A DNA stretch of 64,000 bases from Squalus acanthias (Eukaryota). The notes under the pieces were generated by a model. It did no database searches, was not told the DNA's origin, and saw only the letters and a list, made by a program, of their open reading frames with translations. Below, in pieces: positions 23,800 to 35,427 of this stretch (its first letter is position 1; each line of letters opens with the position of its first letter). The position numbers and the translations under genes are program-made. The DNA lies in NCBI GenBank assembly GCA_030390025.1, contig CM059432.1, forward strand, positions 125,366,001 to 125,430,000. Direction: 5' to 3'.

Positions 23800-26700
23800 T
23801 TAAAAAATTTGTTTATGGAATGTTGGCGTCGCTGGAAAGGCCTGCATTTATTGCCCATCCCTAGTTGCCCTTCAGAAGGTGGTAGTGAGCTGCCTTCTTG
23901 AACCGCTGCAGTCTGTGTGGTGAAGGTACTCCCACAGTGCTGTTAGGGAGAGAGTTCCAGGATTTTGACCCAGCGACGATGAAGGAACGGCGATATACTT
24001 CCAAGTCAGGATGATGTGTGACTTGGAGCGCCTGCTGCCCTTGTCCTTCTAGGTGGAAGAGGTTGTGGGTTTGGGAGGTGCTGCCGAAAAGCCTTGGCGA
24101 GTTGCTGCAGTGCATCTTGTAGATGGTACACACTGCAGCCACGGTGCGCCAGTGGTGGAGGGAGTGAATGTTTAAGGTGGTGGATGGGGTGCCAATCAAG
24201 CGGGCTGCTTTGTCTTGGATGGTGTCGAGCTTCTTGAGTGTTGTTGGAGCTGCACTCATCCAGGCAAGTGGAGGGTATTCCATCACACTCCTGACTTGTG
24301 CCTTGTAGATGGTGGAAAGGCTTTGGGGAGTCAGGAGGTGAGACACTCACCGCAGAATACCTAGCCTCTGACCTGCTCTTGTTGCCACAGTATTTATGTG
24401 GCTGGTCCAGTTAGGTTTCTGGTCAATGGTGACCCCAGGATGTTGATGATGGGGGATTCGGCGATGGTAATGCTGTTGAATGTCAAGGGGCGGTGGTTAG
24501 ACGCTTGCTTGTTGGAGATAGTCATTGCCTGGCACTTGTGTGGCCGAATGTTACCTGCTACTTATCAGCCCAAGCCTGAATGTCGTCCAGGTCTTGTTGC
24601 ATGCGGGCATGGACTGCTTCATCATCTGAGGAGTTGTGAATGGCACTGAACACTGTGCAGTCATCAGCGAACATCCCCACTTCTGACCTTATGATGGAGG
24701 GAAGGTGAGTGATGAAGCAGCTGAAGATGGTTGGGCCAAGGATCCTATCCCTGAGGAACTCCTGCAGCGATGTCCTGGGGCTATGATGATTGACCTCCAA
24801 CCACCAGAACCATCTTCCTTTGTGCTAGGTATGACTCCAGCCAGTGGAGAGTTTTCCCCCCGATTCCCATTGACTTCAGTTTTACTAGGGCTCCTTGCTG
24901 CCACACTAGGTCAAATGCTGCCTTGATGTCAAGGGCAGTCACTCTCACCTCACCTCTAGAATTCAGCTCTTTTGTCCATGTTTGGACCAAGGCTGTAATG
25001 AGGTCTGGAGCCGAGTGGTCCTGGCGGAACCCAAACTGGGCATCAGTGAGCAGGTTATTGGTGAGCAAGTGCCGCTTGATAGCACTGTCGATGACACCTT
25101 CCAACACTTTGCTGATGATTGAGAGTAGACTGATGGGGCGGTAATTGGCCGGATTGGATTTGTCCTGCTTTTTGTGGACAGGACATACCTGGGCAATTTT
25201 CCACATTGTCAGATAGATGCCAGTGTTGTAGCTGTACTGGAACAGCTTGGTTAGAGGCGTGGCTAGTTCTGGAGCCCATAGCCTTTGCTGTATCCAGTGC
25301 ACTCAGCCATTTCTTGATATCATGTGGAGTGAATTGAATTGGCTAAAGACTGGCTTCTGTGGTGTGGGGGCCTCAGGAGGAGGCCGATATGGATCATCCA
25401 CTTCTGGCTGAAGATGGTTGCAAACGCTTCAGCTTTGTCTTTTGCACTCACATGCTGGGCTCCACCATCATTAGTTAGTTGTTTAATGGTCCACCACCAT
25501 TCATGACTTGATGTGGCAGGACTGCAGAGCTTTGGTCTGATCGTGGGATCGCTTAACTCTGTCTATAGCATGCTGCTTCCACTTTTTAGCATGCATGTAG
25601 TCCTGTGTTGCAGCTTCCCCAAGTTGGCACCACATTTTTAGGTACGCCGGGTGCTGGCCCTGGCATGCTCTTCTACACTCCTTATTGAACCAGGGTTGGT
25701 CCCCTGACTTGATGGTAATGGTAGATTGAGGGATATGCCGGGCCAAGGTTACAGATTGTGGTGGAATACAATTCTGCTGCTGCTGATGGCCCACAGTGCC
25801 TCATGGATGCCCAGTTTTGAGCTGCTAGATCTGTTCTGAATCTATCCCATTTAGCACGGTGGAAGTGCTACAGAACACGATGGAGGGTGTCCTCAGTGTG
25901 AAGACAGGACTTCGTCTCCACAATGACTGTGGGGTGGTCTACCGAGCCACTCTTGGTGATGGACATTGAAGTCCCCCACCCAGAGTACATTCTGTGCCCT
26001 TGCTCCTCTCAGTGCTTCTTCCAAGTGGTGTTCAACATGGAGGAGTACTGATTCATCAGTCGAGGGAGGGCGGTAGGTGTTAATCAGCAGGAAGTTTCCT
26101 TGCCCATGCTTGACCTGAAGCCATGAGACTTCATGGGGTCCGGAGTCAATGTTGAGTACTCCCAGGGCCACTCCTTCCCGACTGTATACCACTGTGCCGC
26201 CACCCCTGGTGGGTCTGTCCTGCTGGTGGGACAGGACATATCCAGGGATGGTGATGGAGGAGTTTGGGACATTGGCTGAAAGTTATGATTCTGTGAGCAT
26301 GACTATGTCAGGCTGTTGCTTGACTAGACTGTGGGACAGCTCGTCCAATTTTGGCACAAGTCCCCAGATGTTGGTGAGGAGGACATTGCAGGGTCGACTG
26401 GGCTGTGTGTTCCGTTGTCGTGTCCGTAGCCAGTGCTGAGGTTGATCCATCTGGTTTTATTCTTATTGTTTTTCGTAGTGGTTTTTTACACTTGAGTGGC
26501 TTGCTAGGCCATTTCAGAGGGCAGTTAAGAGTCAACCACATTGCTGTGGGTCTGGAGTCATATATAGGCCAGACCAGGTAAGGATGGCAGATTTCATTCC
26601 CTAAAGGACATTAGTGAACCAGATGGGTTTTTATGACAATCCGATAGTTTCATTACTGATACTAGCTTTTTATTCGAGATTTATTTAATTAACTGAATTT

Positions 26701-26806
26701 AAATTCCCCAGCTGCCGTGGTGGGATTTGAACTACCCATCTCCACATCATTAGTCCAGGCCTTTGGATTACTAATCCAGTAACATAACCACTATGCTACT
26801 GTTCCC
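23800..26806 (-). mobile_element. Near full-length LINE (CR1/L2 group) with tRNA-like 5' head, endonuclease and RT, no ORF1; decayed copy
   Basis: A box at 26798-26788 and B box at 26732-26723; endonuclease NIWGLVPKLDEL..PDIVMLTES, YRPP, VGDFN; RT NYRPISLL, QFGFR, LDIKAAFD, MFADD; family 3' tail. Confidence 0.85.
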
Positions 26807-28048
26807 GTTAGCTTCGCCAGTCTATCAACGTAACTGAAGTTCCTCATTCCTGGAATCATTCTCGTAAATCTTTTCTGTACCCTCTCGAAGGCCTTCACAT
26901 CCTTCCTAAAGTGCGGTGCCCAGAATTGGACACAGTACTCTAGTTGGGGCCGAACCAATGTTTTATACAGGTTCATCATAATTTCCACACTTTTGTACTC
27001 TATATCTCTATTTATGAAGCCCAGGATCCCGTAAGTCTTTTTAACTGCTTTCTCAACCTGCCCTGCCACCTTCAACAATTTATGCACACATACCCCCAGG
27101 TTCGTGCACCCACTTCAGGATTGTACCATATAGTTTATATGTCCTCTCCTCATTCTTTCTACCAAAATGTATCACTTCACACTTTTCTGCATTAAATTTC
27201 ATCTGCCACGTGTCCGCCCATTTCACGAGCCTGTCTATGCCTTCCTGAAGTCTATCACTATCCTCCTCACTGTTCACTATACTTCCAAGTTTCATGTCAT
27301 CTGCAAATTTTGAAATTGTGCCCTGTACACCCACGTCCAAGTCATTAATATATATCAAGAAAAGCAGTGGTCATAGAACCGACCCCTGGGGGACACCACT
27401 GTATACCTTCCTCCAGTCCGAAAAACAACCGTTCACCACTGCTCTCTGTTTCCTGTCACTTAGCCAATTCCGTATCCATGCTGCCATTGCCCCTTTTATT
27501 CCATGGGCTTCAACTTTTCTGGCAAGCCTATTATGTGGCACTTTGTCGAACACCTTTTGGAAATCCATGTACACCACGTCAACTGCATTACCCTCATCAA
27601 CCCTCTCTGTTACTTCATCAAATTACTCAATCAAGTTAGTTAAACACAATTTGCCTTTAACAAATCCATGCTGGCTTTCCTTAATTAATCCACACTTGTC
27701 CAAGTGACTGTTAATTTTGTCCGTGATTATTGTTTCTAAAAGCTTCCCTACTACCGAGGTCAAACTGACTGGCCTGTAGTTGCTGGGTTTATCTTTACAC
27801 CCTTTTTTGAACAATGGTGTAACATTTGCAATTCTCCAGTCCTCTAGCACCACCCCCGTATCTATGGAGGATTGGAATATTATGGCCAGTACCTCTGCGA
27901 TTTCCTCCCTCAACATCCTGCAATGCATCCCATCCGCTCCTGGTGACTTATCTACTTTAAGTACAGCCAGCCTTTCTAATACCTCCTCTTTATCAATATT
28001 TATCCTATCAAGTATCTCCACTACCTCCTCCTTTCCTATGTCTATTGC
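26807..28048 (-). mobile_element. CR1 LINE RT fragment
   Basis: NYRPVSLTSVVGK, YMDFQKVFDKVPH, GVPQGSVL, FADD. Confidence 0.9.
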
Positions 28049-28049
28049 T

Positions 28050-28215
28050 TAAAAATCTGTTGCCCCTCTAACTTTTTCCAGTTCTGACGAAGGGTCACCG
28101 ACGTGAAACATTAACTCTGTTTCTCTCTCCACGGATGCTGCCTGACCTGCTGAGTATTTCCAGCACTTGCTGTTTTTATTTCAGATTTCCAGCATCCGCA
28201 GTATTTTGCTTTTGT
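28050..28215 (+). mobile_element. Solo Penelope-like terminal repeat with a mutated hammerhead (28080-28116)
   Basis: AGTT-CTGACGA-AGGGTCACCGACGT-GAAA-CA-TT-AACT followed by the same tail as 23730-23796. Confidence 0.75.
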
Positions 28216-28547
28216 TTTTCTCTGGTTTTGTGAATGCTTGTGTGAAGTTGAATCGTGCTGTGATGATGCTTCTTACGTGTAAATCCTTCACTGTGTAGAC
28301 AAATCAGTTCAACTGAATCTGACAAGATTAGCTTAGTCATATAGGAAAATGTTTTAATTAGTGAGTATGATATAGCCAGCCGAACATTTTGCTGATCGTG
28401 GTGTGTTGCATACAATATGATTTCACTGTAACTCAGGCCTTGTTTGTTAAAATGTGCAGTTGCTTGATTTAATATGAGTTGGCTCTCAAAAGATAAAACG
28501 CAACAACAAACTGATTTATTTTAATTAAATTTAATGCAGAGCAGTGA

Positions 28548-29393
28548 AGGATACGAGGCAATTGTTCAATCTTGACTTTACCATTTGTAACATAATCGAA
28601 ACCACATGATTACTACCTTGTAACTAACTGCAAGCATCTATTGACCTGCAATTAATACTTTAGCAAGAGTTATCTCATATAATTACTCCAATTATGGTAT
28701 TCCAATAGAGTGAATGGAAAATCTATTCTGTGGCAAAGCAATCTGATTTTGGCTCACTCCAGACCTTTTTTTTTGCTTACCATTAAATTTCTCAACTAGA
28801 TTTTCTACTACTACAACCTCAACAAATTTAAATCAGAAATCTCCAGTAAGTATTAAATATGTTGTTACATTTTGAAGCCCATGGGATTAAAGGGACAGTG
28901 GCAGCATGGATACAAAATTGGCTAAGGGACAGAAAGCAGAGAGTAGTGGTGAACGGTTCTTTTTCAGACTGGAGGGGAGTGTGCAGTGGTGTCCCCCAGG
29001 GGTCAGTATTAGGACCACTGCTCTTTTAGATGTATATTAATGACCTGGACTTGGGTATACAGGGCATCATTTCAAAGTTTGCAGATGACATGAAATTTGG
29101 AAATGTAGTAAACATTGAAGAGGATAGTAACAGACTTCAGGGGGACATAGACAGACTGGTGAAATGGGAAGACACATGGCAGGTGAAATTTAATGCAGAG
29201 AAGTGTGAAGTGATGCATTTGGGGGGGGGGGGAAGAATGAGGAGCAGCAATATAAACTAAATGGTACAATTTTAAAGGAGGTGCAGGAACAGAGAGACCT
29301 GGGGGTTCACATACACAAATCTTTGAAGGTGGTGGGACTAGTTGATAAAGCTGTTTAAAAAAGCATATGGGATCCCTGGCTTTATAAATATAG
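28548..29393 (+). repeat. Local duplicate of 14092-14937 (unique flank plus CR1); continues at 31561-31890
   Basis: Constant offset of 14456 nt; 14295-14497 is identical to 28751-28953; same CR1 5' junction. Confidence 0.9.
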
Positions 29394-31560
29394 AGAGGTC
29401 GCACAACACCAGGTTATAGTCCAACAGTTTTATTTTAAATCACAAGCTTTCGGAGTTACAACTCCTTCGTCAGGTGAAGTGAGGAGATACAGAATCGTCA
29501 AAGCATATATAGATCGAGAACAATGCATGTGTAACTTACAATTGCAGACAACTGAATTCAATCATCCTGACTGTTTATCTGCCGAGGTGTGATAAAGTTA
29601 ATCAGGTCAGCCAGGAAGGTACCACATCAAAGACATAGCAAGATACAACTGAGACAATGAGGTGGAATCGCATGGGGTCTAACGTGTCAAAAGCTGCCGT
29701 CTGTATGTAAAACGATTAACTTTAAAATTTTTACTTTTTTACTGGGAATCACATCTGTGAACAAGCCAACGACGACTCGAGTCCGGATCACGTCATGTAT
29801 CGTGACATAAACCCAAGATCCCGATTGAGACCGTCTTCATGAGTGCGGAACTTGGCTATCAGTTTCTGCTCGATGATTTTGCGTTGTCGTGTTTTCCTAA
29901 GGCCGCCTTGGAGAACGCTTACCCGCAGATCCGAGGCTGAATGTCCTTGACTGCTGAAGTGTTCCCCGACTGGGAGGTAACAATCCTGCCTGGCGATTGT
30001 TGCGCGGTGCTCGTTCATACGTTGTCTCAGTATCTGCATGGTCTCGCCGATGTACCATGCCGCGGTGCATTCTTTCCTGCAACGTATGAGGTAGACAACG
30101 TTGGCCGAGTCACATGAGTATGTACCATGTACCTGGTGGGTAGTGTCCTCACGTGTGATGATGGTATCTGTGTTGATGATCTGGCATGTCTTGCAGAGTT
30201 TGCCGTGGCAGGGTTGTGTGGTGTCGTGGTCGCTGTTATCCTGAAAGCTGGGTAATTTGCTGCGAACGATGGTACTTCTGAGGTTAGGCGGCTGTTTGAA
30301 GGCAAGTAGTGGAGGTGTGGGGATGGCCTTAGCGAGGTGTTTGTCGTCATCGATGACATGTTGAAGGCTGCGAAGAACATGGCGTAGTTTCTCCGCTCCG
30401 GGGAAGTACTGGACGACGTAGGTTACCCTGTTGGTTGTGTCCCGTGTTTGCCTTCTGAGGAGGTCTATGCGATTTTTCGCTGTGGCCCGTCGGAACTGTC
30501 GATCGATGAGTCGAGCGTCATATCCCGTTCTTACGAGGGCGTTTTTCAGCGTCCGTAGGTGTCCATCGCGTTCCTCCTCGTCTGAGCAGATCCTGTGTAT
30601 TCGCAGGGCTTGTCCATAGGGATGGCTTCTTTAACGTGGTTAGGGTGGAAGCTGGAGAAGTGGAGCATCGTGAGGTTGTCCGTGGGCTTGCGGTAGAGTG
30701 AAGTGCTGAGGTGTCCGTCTTTGATGGAGATTCGTGTGTCCAGGAATGAAACCGATTCTGAGGAGTAGTCCATGGTGAGTTTGATGGTGGGATGGAACTT
30801 GTTTATGTTATCGTGTAGTCTTTTCAGTGATCCTTCGCCATGGGTCCAAAGGAAGAAAATGTCGTCGATGTATCTGGTGTACAGCGTTGGCTGGAGGTCC
30901 TGTGCAGTGAAGAAGTCTTGCTCGAACTTGTGCATGAAGATGTTGGCGTATTGGGGTGCGAATTTGGTCCCCATGGCTGTTCCGTGTGTTTGGGTAAAAA
31001 AATGGTTGTCGAAGGTGAAGACATTGTGGTCAAGGATGAAGCGGATGAGTTGTAGGATGGCGTCTGGAGATTGGCTGTTGTTGGTGTTGAGTACTGAGGC
31101 TGTCGCAGCGATGCCGTCATCGTGGGGGATACTGGTGTAGAGTGCCGATACGTCCATCGTGGCGAGGAGTGTTCCTGGTTCAACTGGTCCGTGGGTGCTA
31201 AGTTTCTGTAAGAAGTCTGTAGTGTCGCGACAGAAGCTGGGGGTTCCCTGTACGATGGGTTTCAGAATGCCCTCGACGTATCCAGAGAGGTTCTCACACA
31301 GGGTTCCGTTGCCTGATACGATAGGACGTCCGGGTGTGTTGGCTTTGTGTATCTTTGGGAGGCAGTAGAAGTCTCCCACGCGGGGAGTACGTGGGATGAG
31401 AGCGCGTAGGATGTTTTGAAGGTCTGGATCGAAGGTCTTGATCAGTCTATTGAGTTGGCGGGTGTGTTCTTTGGTCGGATCTGCGGGTAGCTGTCTGTAG
31501 TGTTCCTGGTTGTCCAGTTGTCGGTATGCTTCTTTACAATAGTCCATTCTGTTCTGTATG
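29394..31560 (-). mobile_element. Penelope-like retroelement, 5'-truncated (RT and GIY-YIG), with a frameshift
   Basis: LPKIHK, GRPIVS, MDVSALYTSI, GTAMG, RYIDDIF, FLD; VVYLIRC..WYIGET..RQRMNEHR; AATATAG target duplication at 29387-29393 and 31561-31567. Confidence 0.92.
29440..29477 (-). ncRNA. Minimal type I hammerhead ribozyme in the Penelope terminal region
   Basis: Minus strand: TCAC-CTGACGA-A-GGAGT-TGTA-ACTCC-GAAA-GC-TT-GTGA, followed by AATAAA. Confidence 0.82.
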
Positions 31561-32129
31561 AATATAGGCATAGAGTACAAAAGCAAGGAAGTTATGCTAA
31601 ACTTTTATAAAAACACTGATTAGGCCTCAGCTGGAGTATTGTGTTCAATTCTGTGCATCACACTTTAGGAAGGATGTCAAGGCCATGGAGAGGGTGCAGA
31701 GGAGATTTACCAGAATGTTACCAGAGATGAGGGACTTCAGTTATGTGGAGGGACTAGAGAAGTGGAGTTGTTCTCCTTAGAGCAGAAATGGTTAAGGGGA
31801 GGTTTAATTGAAGTGTTCAAAACTATGAGGGGATTTGATAGAGTAAATAAGGAGAAACTGTTCCCAATGTGCTGTAAGATTCTATGATTTGTTTTTACAT
31901 TACCATATGCATAGGCTCCATATTATTGATTTACTTGTGGTGCATTTTTCCTGTCGGTCTTCCCTTTTAGAGTTAACGTGCTGGTAGTTGTAACAGTTAG
32001 CTATAAGTTGGCTCTTGACTGTAGGACTGTTCACATTGGTGAGAGGGGACCAGAGACAAAACAGCCTTTACAATCTACCATTATTACCTCATGGAAATGA
32101 ATCATGTATTGTGCTCTCTAGTTTTACTC

Positions 32130-32480
32130 CTTCTACCCACAGTTTTCTTTCCTCTTCTCCTGAAGATGCTGACTCATGCAGGGACACAGGTTTGCAGGTG
32201 CTGCCTCCTGTTTGGTACCTCTCTCAAGTGGCCAATCTTCATGTTTGGCCTGGACTAGCGAGTGTCAGTAGGCGAATGGTGGGGCAAACAATAGCCAAGC
32301 CTGATCCTGTCCTCCCTTGGTGTCCATACACACACTTTCCAGCAGGGATCACTGGAGAATGACAGGGAGCAGGAGAACCTTGGGACCCTGGCTGATTACT
32401 TTTTCCATTATCCTCGGGACACTTGTGGCCAATTATAGCACTTTTAACATTGCCCCAGAGATCAACTAACCCAACAAAGA
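32130..32480 (-). mobile_element. Old tRNA-derived SINE
   Basis: Collinear with 12630-12957. Confidence 0.55.
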
Positions 32481-32551
32481 CCAAGAATAGAACTGAGGAG
32501 TATGGGGGGACGGGGGAGGGGGGAACTATCTGCTCTGTATGACATTTTTAA

Positions 32552-32965
32552 ATGAATTTTGCGCTCATCGAGGTGAGCAATGTTAGTGCTGAGGGTTGGC
32601 ACACTTTCCGTTTCAGGCACTCGGAGTTACTAGCAAGAAATCCTACATCAGGTACATGGTTAAACGCAGTTTAAATCTCCCTCTATTCTGCCTCAACAAT
32701 GTGCTTCAGCCCCATCCCTACTGCGCCAATGTCACCTTTTCCATTTCTTACAGCAGCCATTTTGTGGCCTTTGAGCGAGAATGCCAATTTTGTGCTGTGG
32801 CTCTTTGACCATTAGAAGCTGGATTAAGACAGCCCAAACTCATTTCGCATAGGACCGTTACAACTAGCAGACAGATGAGGCGTCATCCCATTAGTCTGGG
32901 CTGGATTTGGACCCAGTCCCAGAGGTGACTGGCCAGTTTCTAACCTCACGCCACTTAAGTCTCCC
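32552..32965 (-). mobile_element. LF-SINE-like element, near full length
   Basis: Minus strand TCACCTCTGGGACTGGGTCCAAATCCAGCCCAG, CCTATGCGAAATGAGTT, GGGGCTGAAGCACATTG and the end CACCTCGATGAGCGCAAAATTC resemble the LF-SINE consensus as I recall it. Confidence 0.65.
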
Positions 32966-34149
32966 AGACTTCATCCATATGACTCATTACCACACTGTGT
33001 GCTGGCACTAGGCAGGCTCTCACTAAAGGATTAATCATTTTGCTGCATTCACTGCCCATCTGTTAAGTGATAAGCGATTAACAGGGGCAGTATTAGGACT
33101 GTGTAAGTCATGAAATTGCATGGCGCCCCAGGCAGTCAGAGTTCCCGAGCAGATCCAATGAAAGGACACCAGTGCGTATGTAGTATCCATGTCTGGTAAA
33201 ATGTAAGAGCCCCAAACCGAACCTTCACACGGGGCCCCTACAGGGCAAAGGTCGCTCCTGGCGATGAACAGAAAATAATGTTATACATTACAAAATAGCC
33301 TGTTTGCTTAAATATTGTTACTTTTATGCTCAGGAGATTTCATATGTACTGCCTTCATTGCATACTTTGATGTGTGTATGAATGGCAGAAGTCATTTACA
33401 GGCTGAACAGCAGTGAGCTGCTATTGTCTGTGTTTATACATTAACTCCAGCCTCTCAGTTAATCCTCTAAATCCTTTAATCCCCAACTGTGGCCCATGCA
33501 TCAGATTTCCTGTGGTGTAATTTAACCTGTTTTGATACGGCTGCCATGGAAACAAATGATTGTTTCGTGCGTTTTCTTATCATACTTTATTTAATTAACA
33601 TGACAAGTAGTCTGGAACATCCCAGTTGCAACCAATCTTCAGCTGAATAATAAAAAAATGTATTAGTAAAACTCTTCTTGTCTTTATCCTTAATAAGCGT
33701 GACAGTCTTATCATGTTTTCGTTAAAAAGCGTATAGGAGTGGTAGACACACCCAGGATGCCAATGCAGGGGCTGAACCACACGCAGTTTTCTGCAACGGT
33801 GCTGAAAACCACAGTAGTTTTTTAATAAAACCACTCCCAAGTCTTCTATTTTGTACTTGGCTTATTTGGTCAAAAACACACATTGCTGAATCTGATTCTC
33901 TCCTTTTTGCAAAAAAACCCACAAAATTGTCTATCAAGCCATTAAAACTTGAATTAAGACAAATGAAGCAAATAAATAAACCCCGTGAGGTTCAAATGAT
34001 TAATGTTTGTCTTTTCAGGAATAGAGCAGTCTGAATTTGATCATTAACATCCGACATCGACACATACACATTGTTTAAGTGCTTTAAGGCGCTACGTAAA
34101 TGCAAATGTTTTCTTTCCTTTTCCTTTCAGCCACCACCTTTTTCAAAAA

Positions 34150-34781
34150 TATTTGTTCTCGGGATGTGGGTGATGCTGGAAAGGCTGCATTTATTTCCCC
34201 TCTTTAGTTATCCTATCGCTCTCCACCCACATCCCCCTTACAACCACCCCCCCCCCCACCCCCCATCCCCCAATCAACTCTACTTCCTGCCGTGTCCTGC
34301 CCCTGGAAAAAAAGCTCTCTCCCAGCTCTCTTAGAACTGCACTTACGAAATCCCGACTGTCCAGCCTTTGGCCCTCCATTCGCCATTACATTTCTGCAGC
34401 TACCGATCTTTTGGTCACCTGCCCTAATTTCTCCTTATGTGGCTCGGTGTCAAATTTTTTGTCTTACAACATTCCTGTGAAACGCCCTGGGACATTTTAC
34501 TACGTTAAAGGCGCTATATAAATACAAGTTGTTGTTGAGGGCATTAAGAGTCAGTCATGTAGTGTGGCATGGAGTCACATGTAGGCCAGGTCAGGTGGGG
34601 GTGGCAGGTTCCCTGTCCTGAAGGACGTTAGTGAATCAGCTGGGCTTTTACGACAATCAGGCAGTTTTCATTTTATTTACCAGATTTACTGAATTCAATT
34701 TCCCATCTCGCCATGGTGGGATTTGAACTCGCAACCTCTGGATTGCTAGTCCAGTGCGATAACCACTAGGCTACTGTACCC
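34150..34781 (-). mobile_element. SINE of the tRNA-headed LINE family (head 34540-34781, tail 34150-34215), with an L2-like tail (34320-34537, +) in between
   Basis: Head homologous to 26520-26806 and tail homologous to 23810-23870. Confidence 0.65.
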
Positions 34782-35427
34782 ATGCGAGGCACCCAAGGAA
34801 ACCCAAGAAAAGTAGTACAAAAGTTTTTGGAGAAATAAATACTTTGACAATTCACAACCAAAATATCAAACAGTGCATTTTCTGTTTGAAATCTCTCTAA
34901 TGACATTTCTCTCCGGAGTTTTGCCCCTCTTTCAGGTGTCTGGGACTTGAATTCATGGGGGTTGAACACGGTAACAGATTAGATTACAACTCTCAGAATG
35001 CCCGAGGATGACTCATTGCTCTACAACACCAGAATGAAGCTCAACGCTACCTCCTTCGAGTAAAATAAACACAACCACATTTTGGAGTGAGGGGGCAGGG
35101 GAGCAGAAGAATACACAACAAACCACATTTTTTTTTAAATGTCTGAGAACAAGATTGGCCCTTCACAGAACAAGCCAGGAATGGGTGGTTAGAAGTCCCA
35201 CTCCCACACAGGCAACGAAAAGCCTGAGGATTGACATCATCCAAACCACAGGATTCCATTATTAGGACCAATGAATCCGATTTGAAGGGAGCAATGATTA
35301 TTTTGATGTATTAAAATAAAATAAAGTAAAGCCCGAACTTTTGAATTCTATCTGAGGTAAGTTTGATAGGAAAAACAATGTAATTATATACAAGGGCTTG
35401 CTGATTCGGGTAACTACATCACACTAC

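Noticed and set aside
28260..28322. Possible C/D box snoRNA (GTGATGA ... CTGA)
   Set aside because: No convincing terminal stem, and I could not match a guide sequence to rRNA or snRNA; a snoscan or Rfam search would settle it
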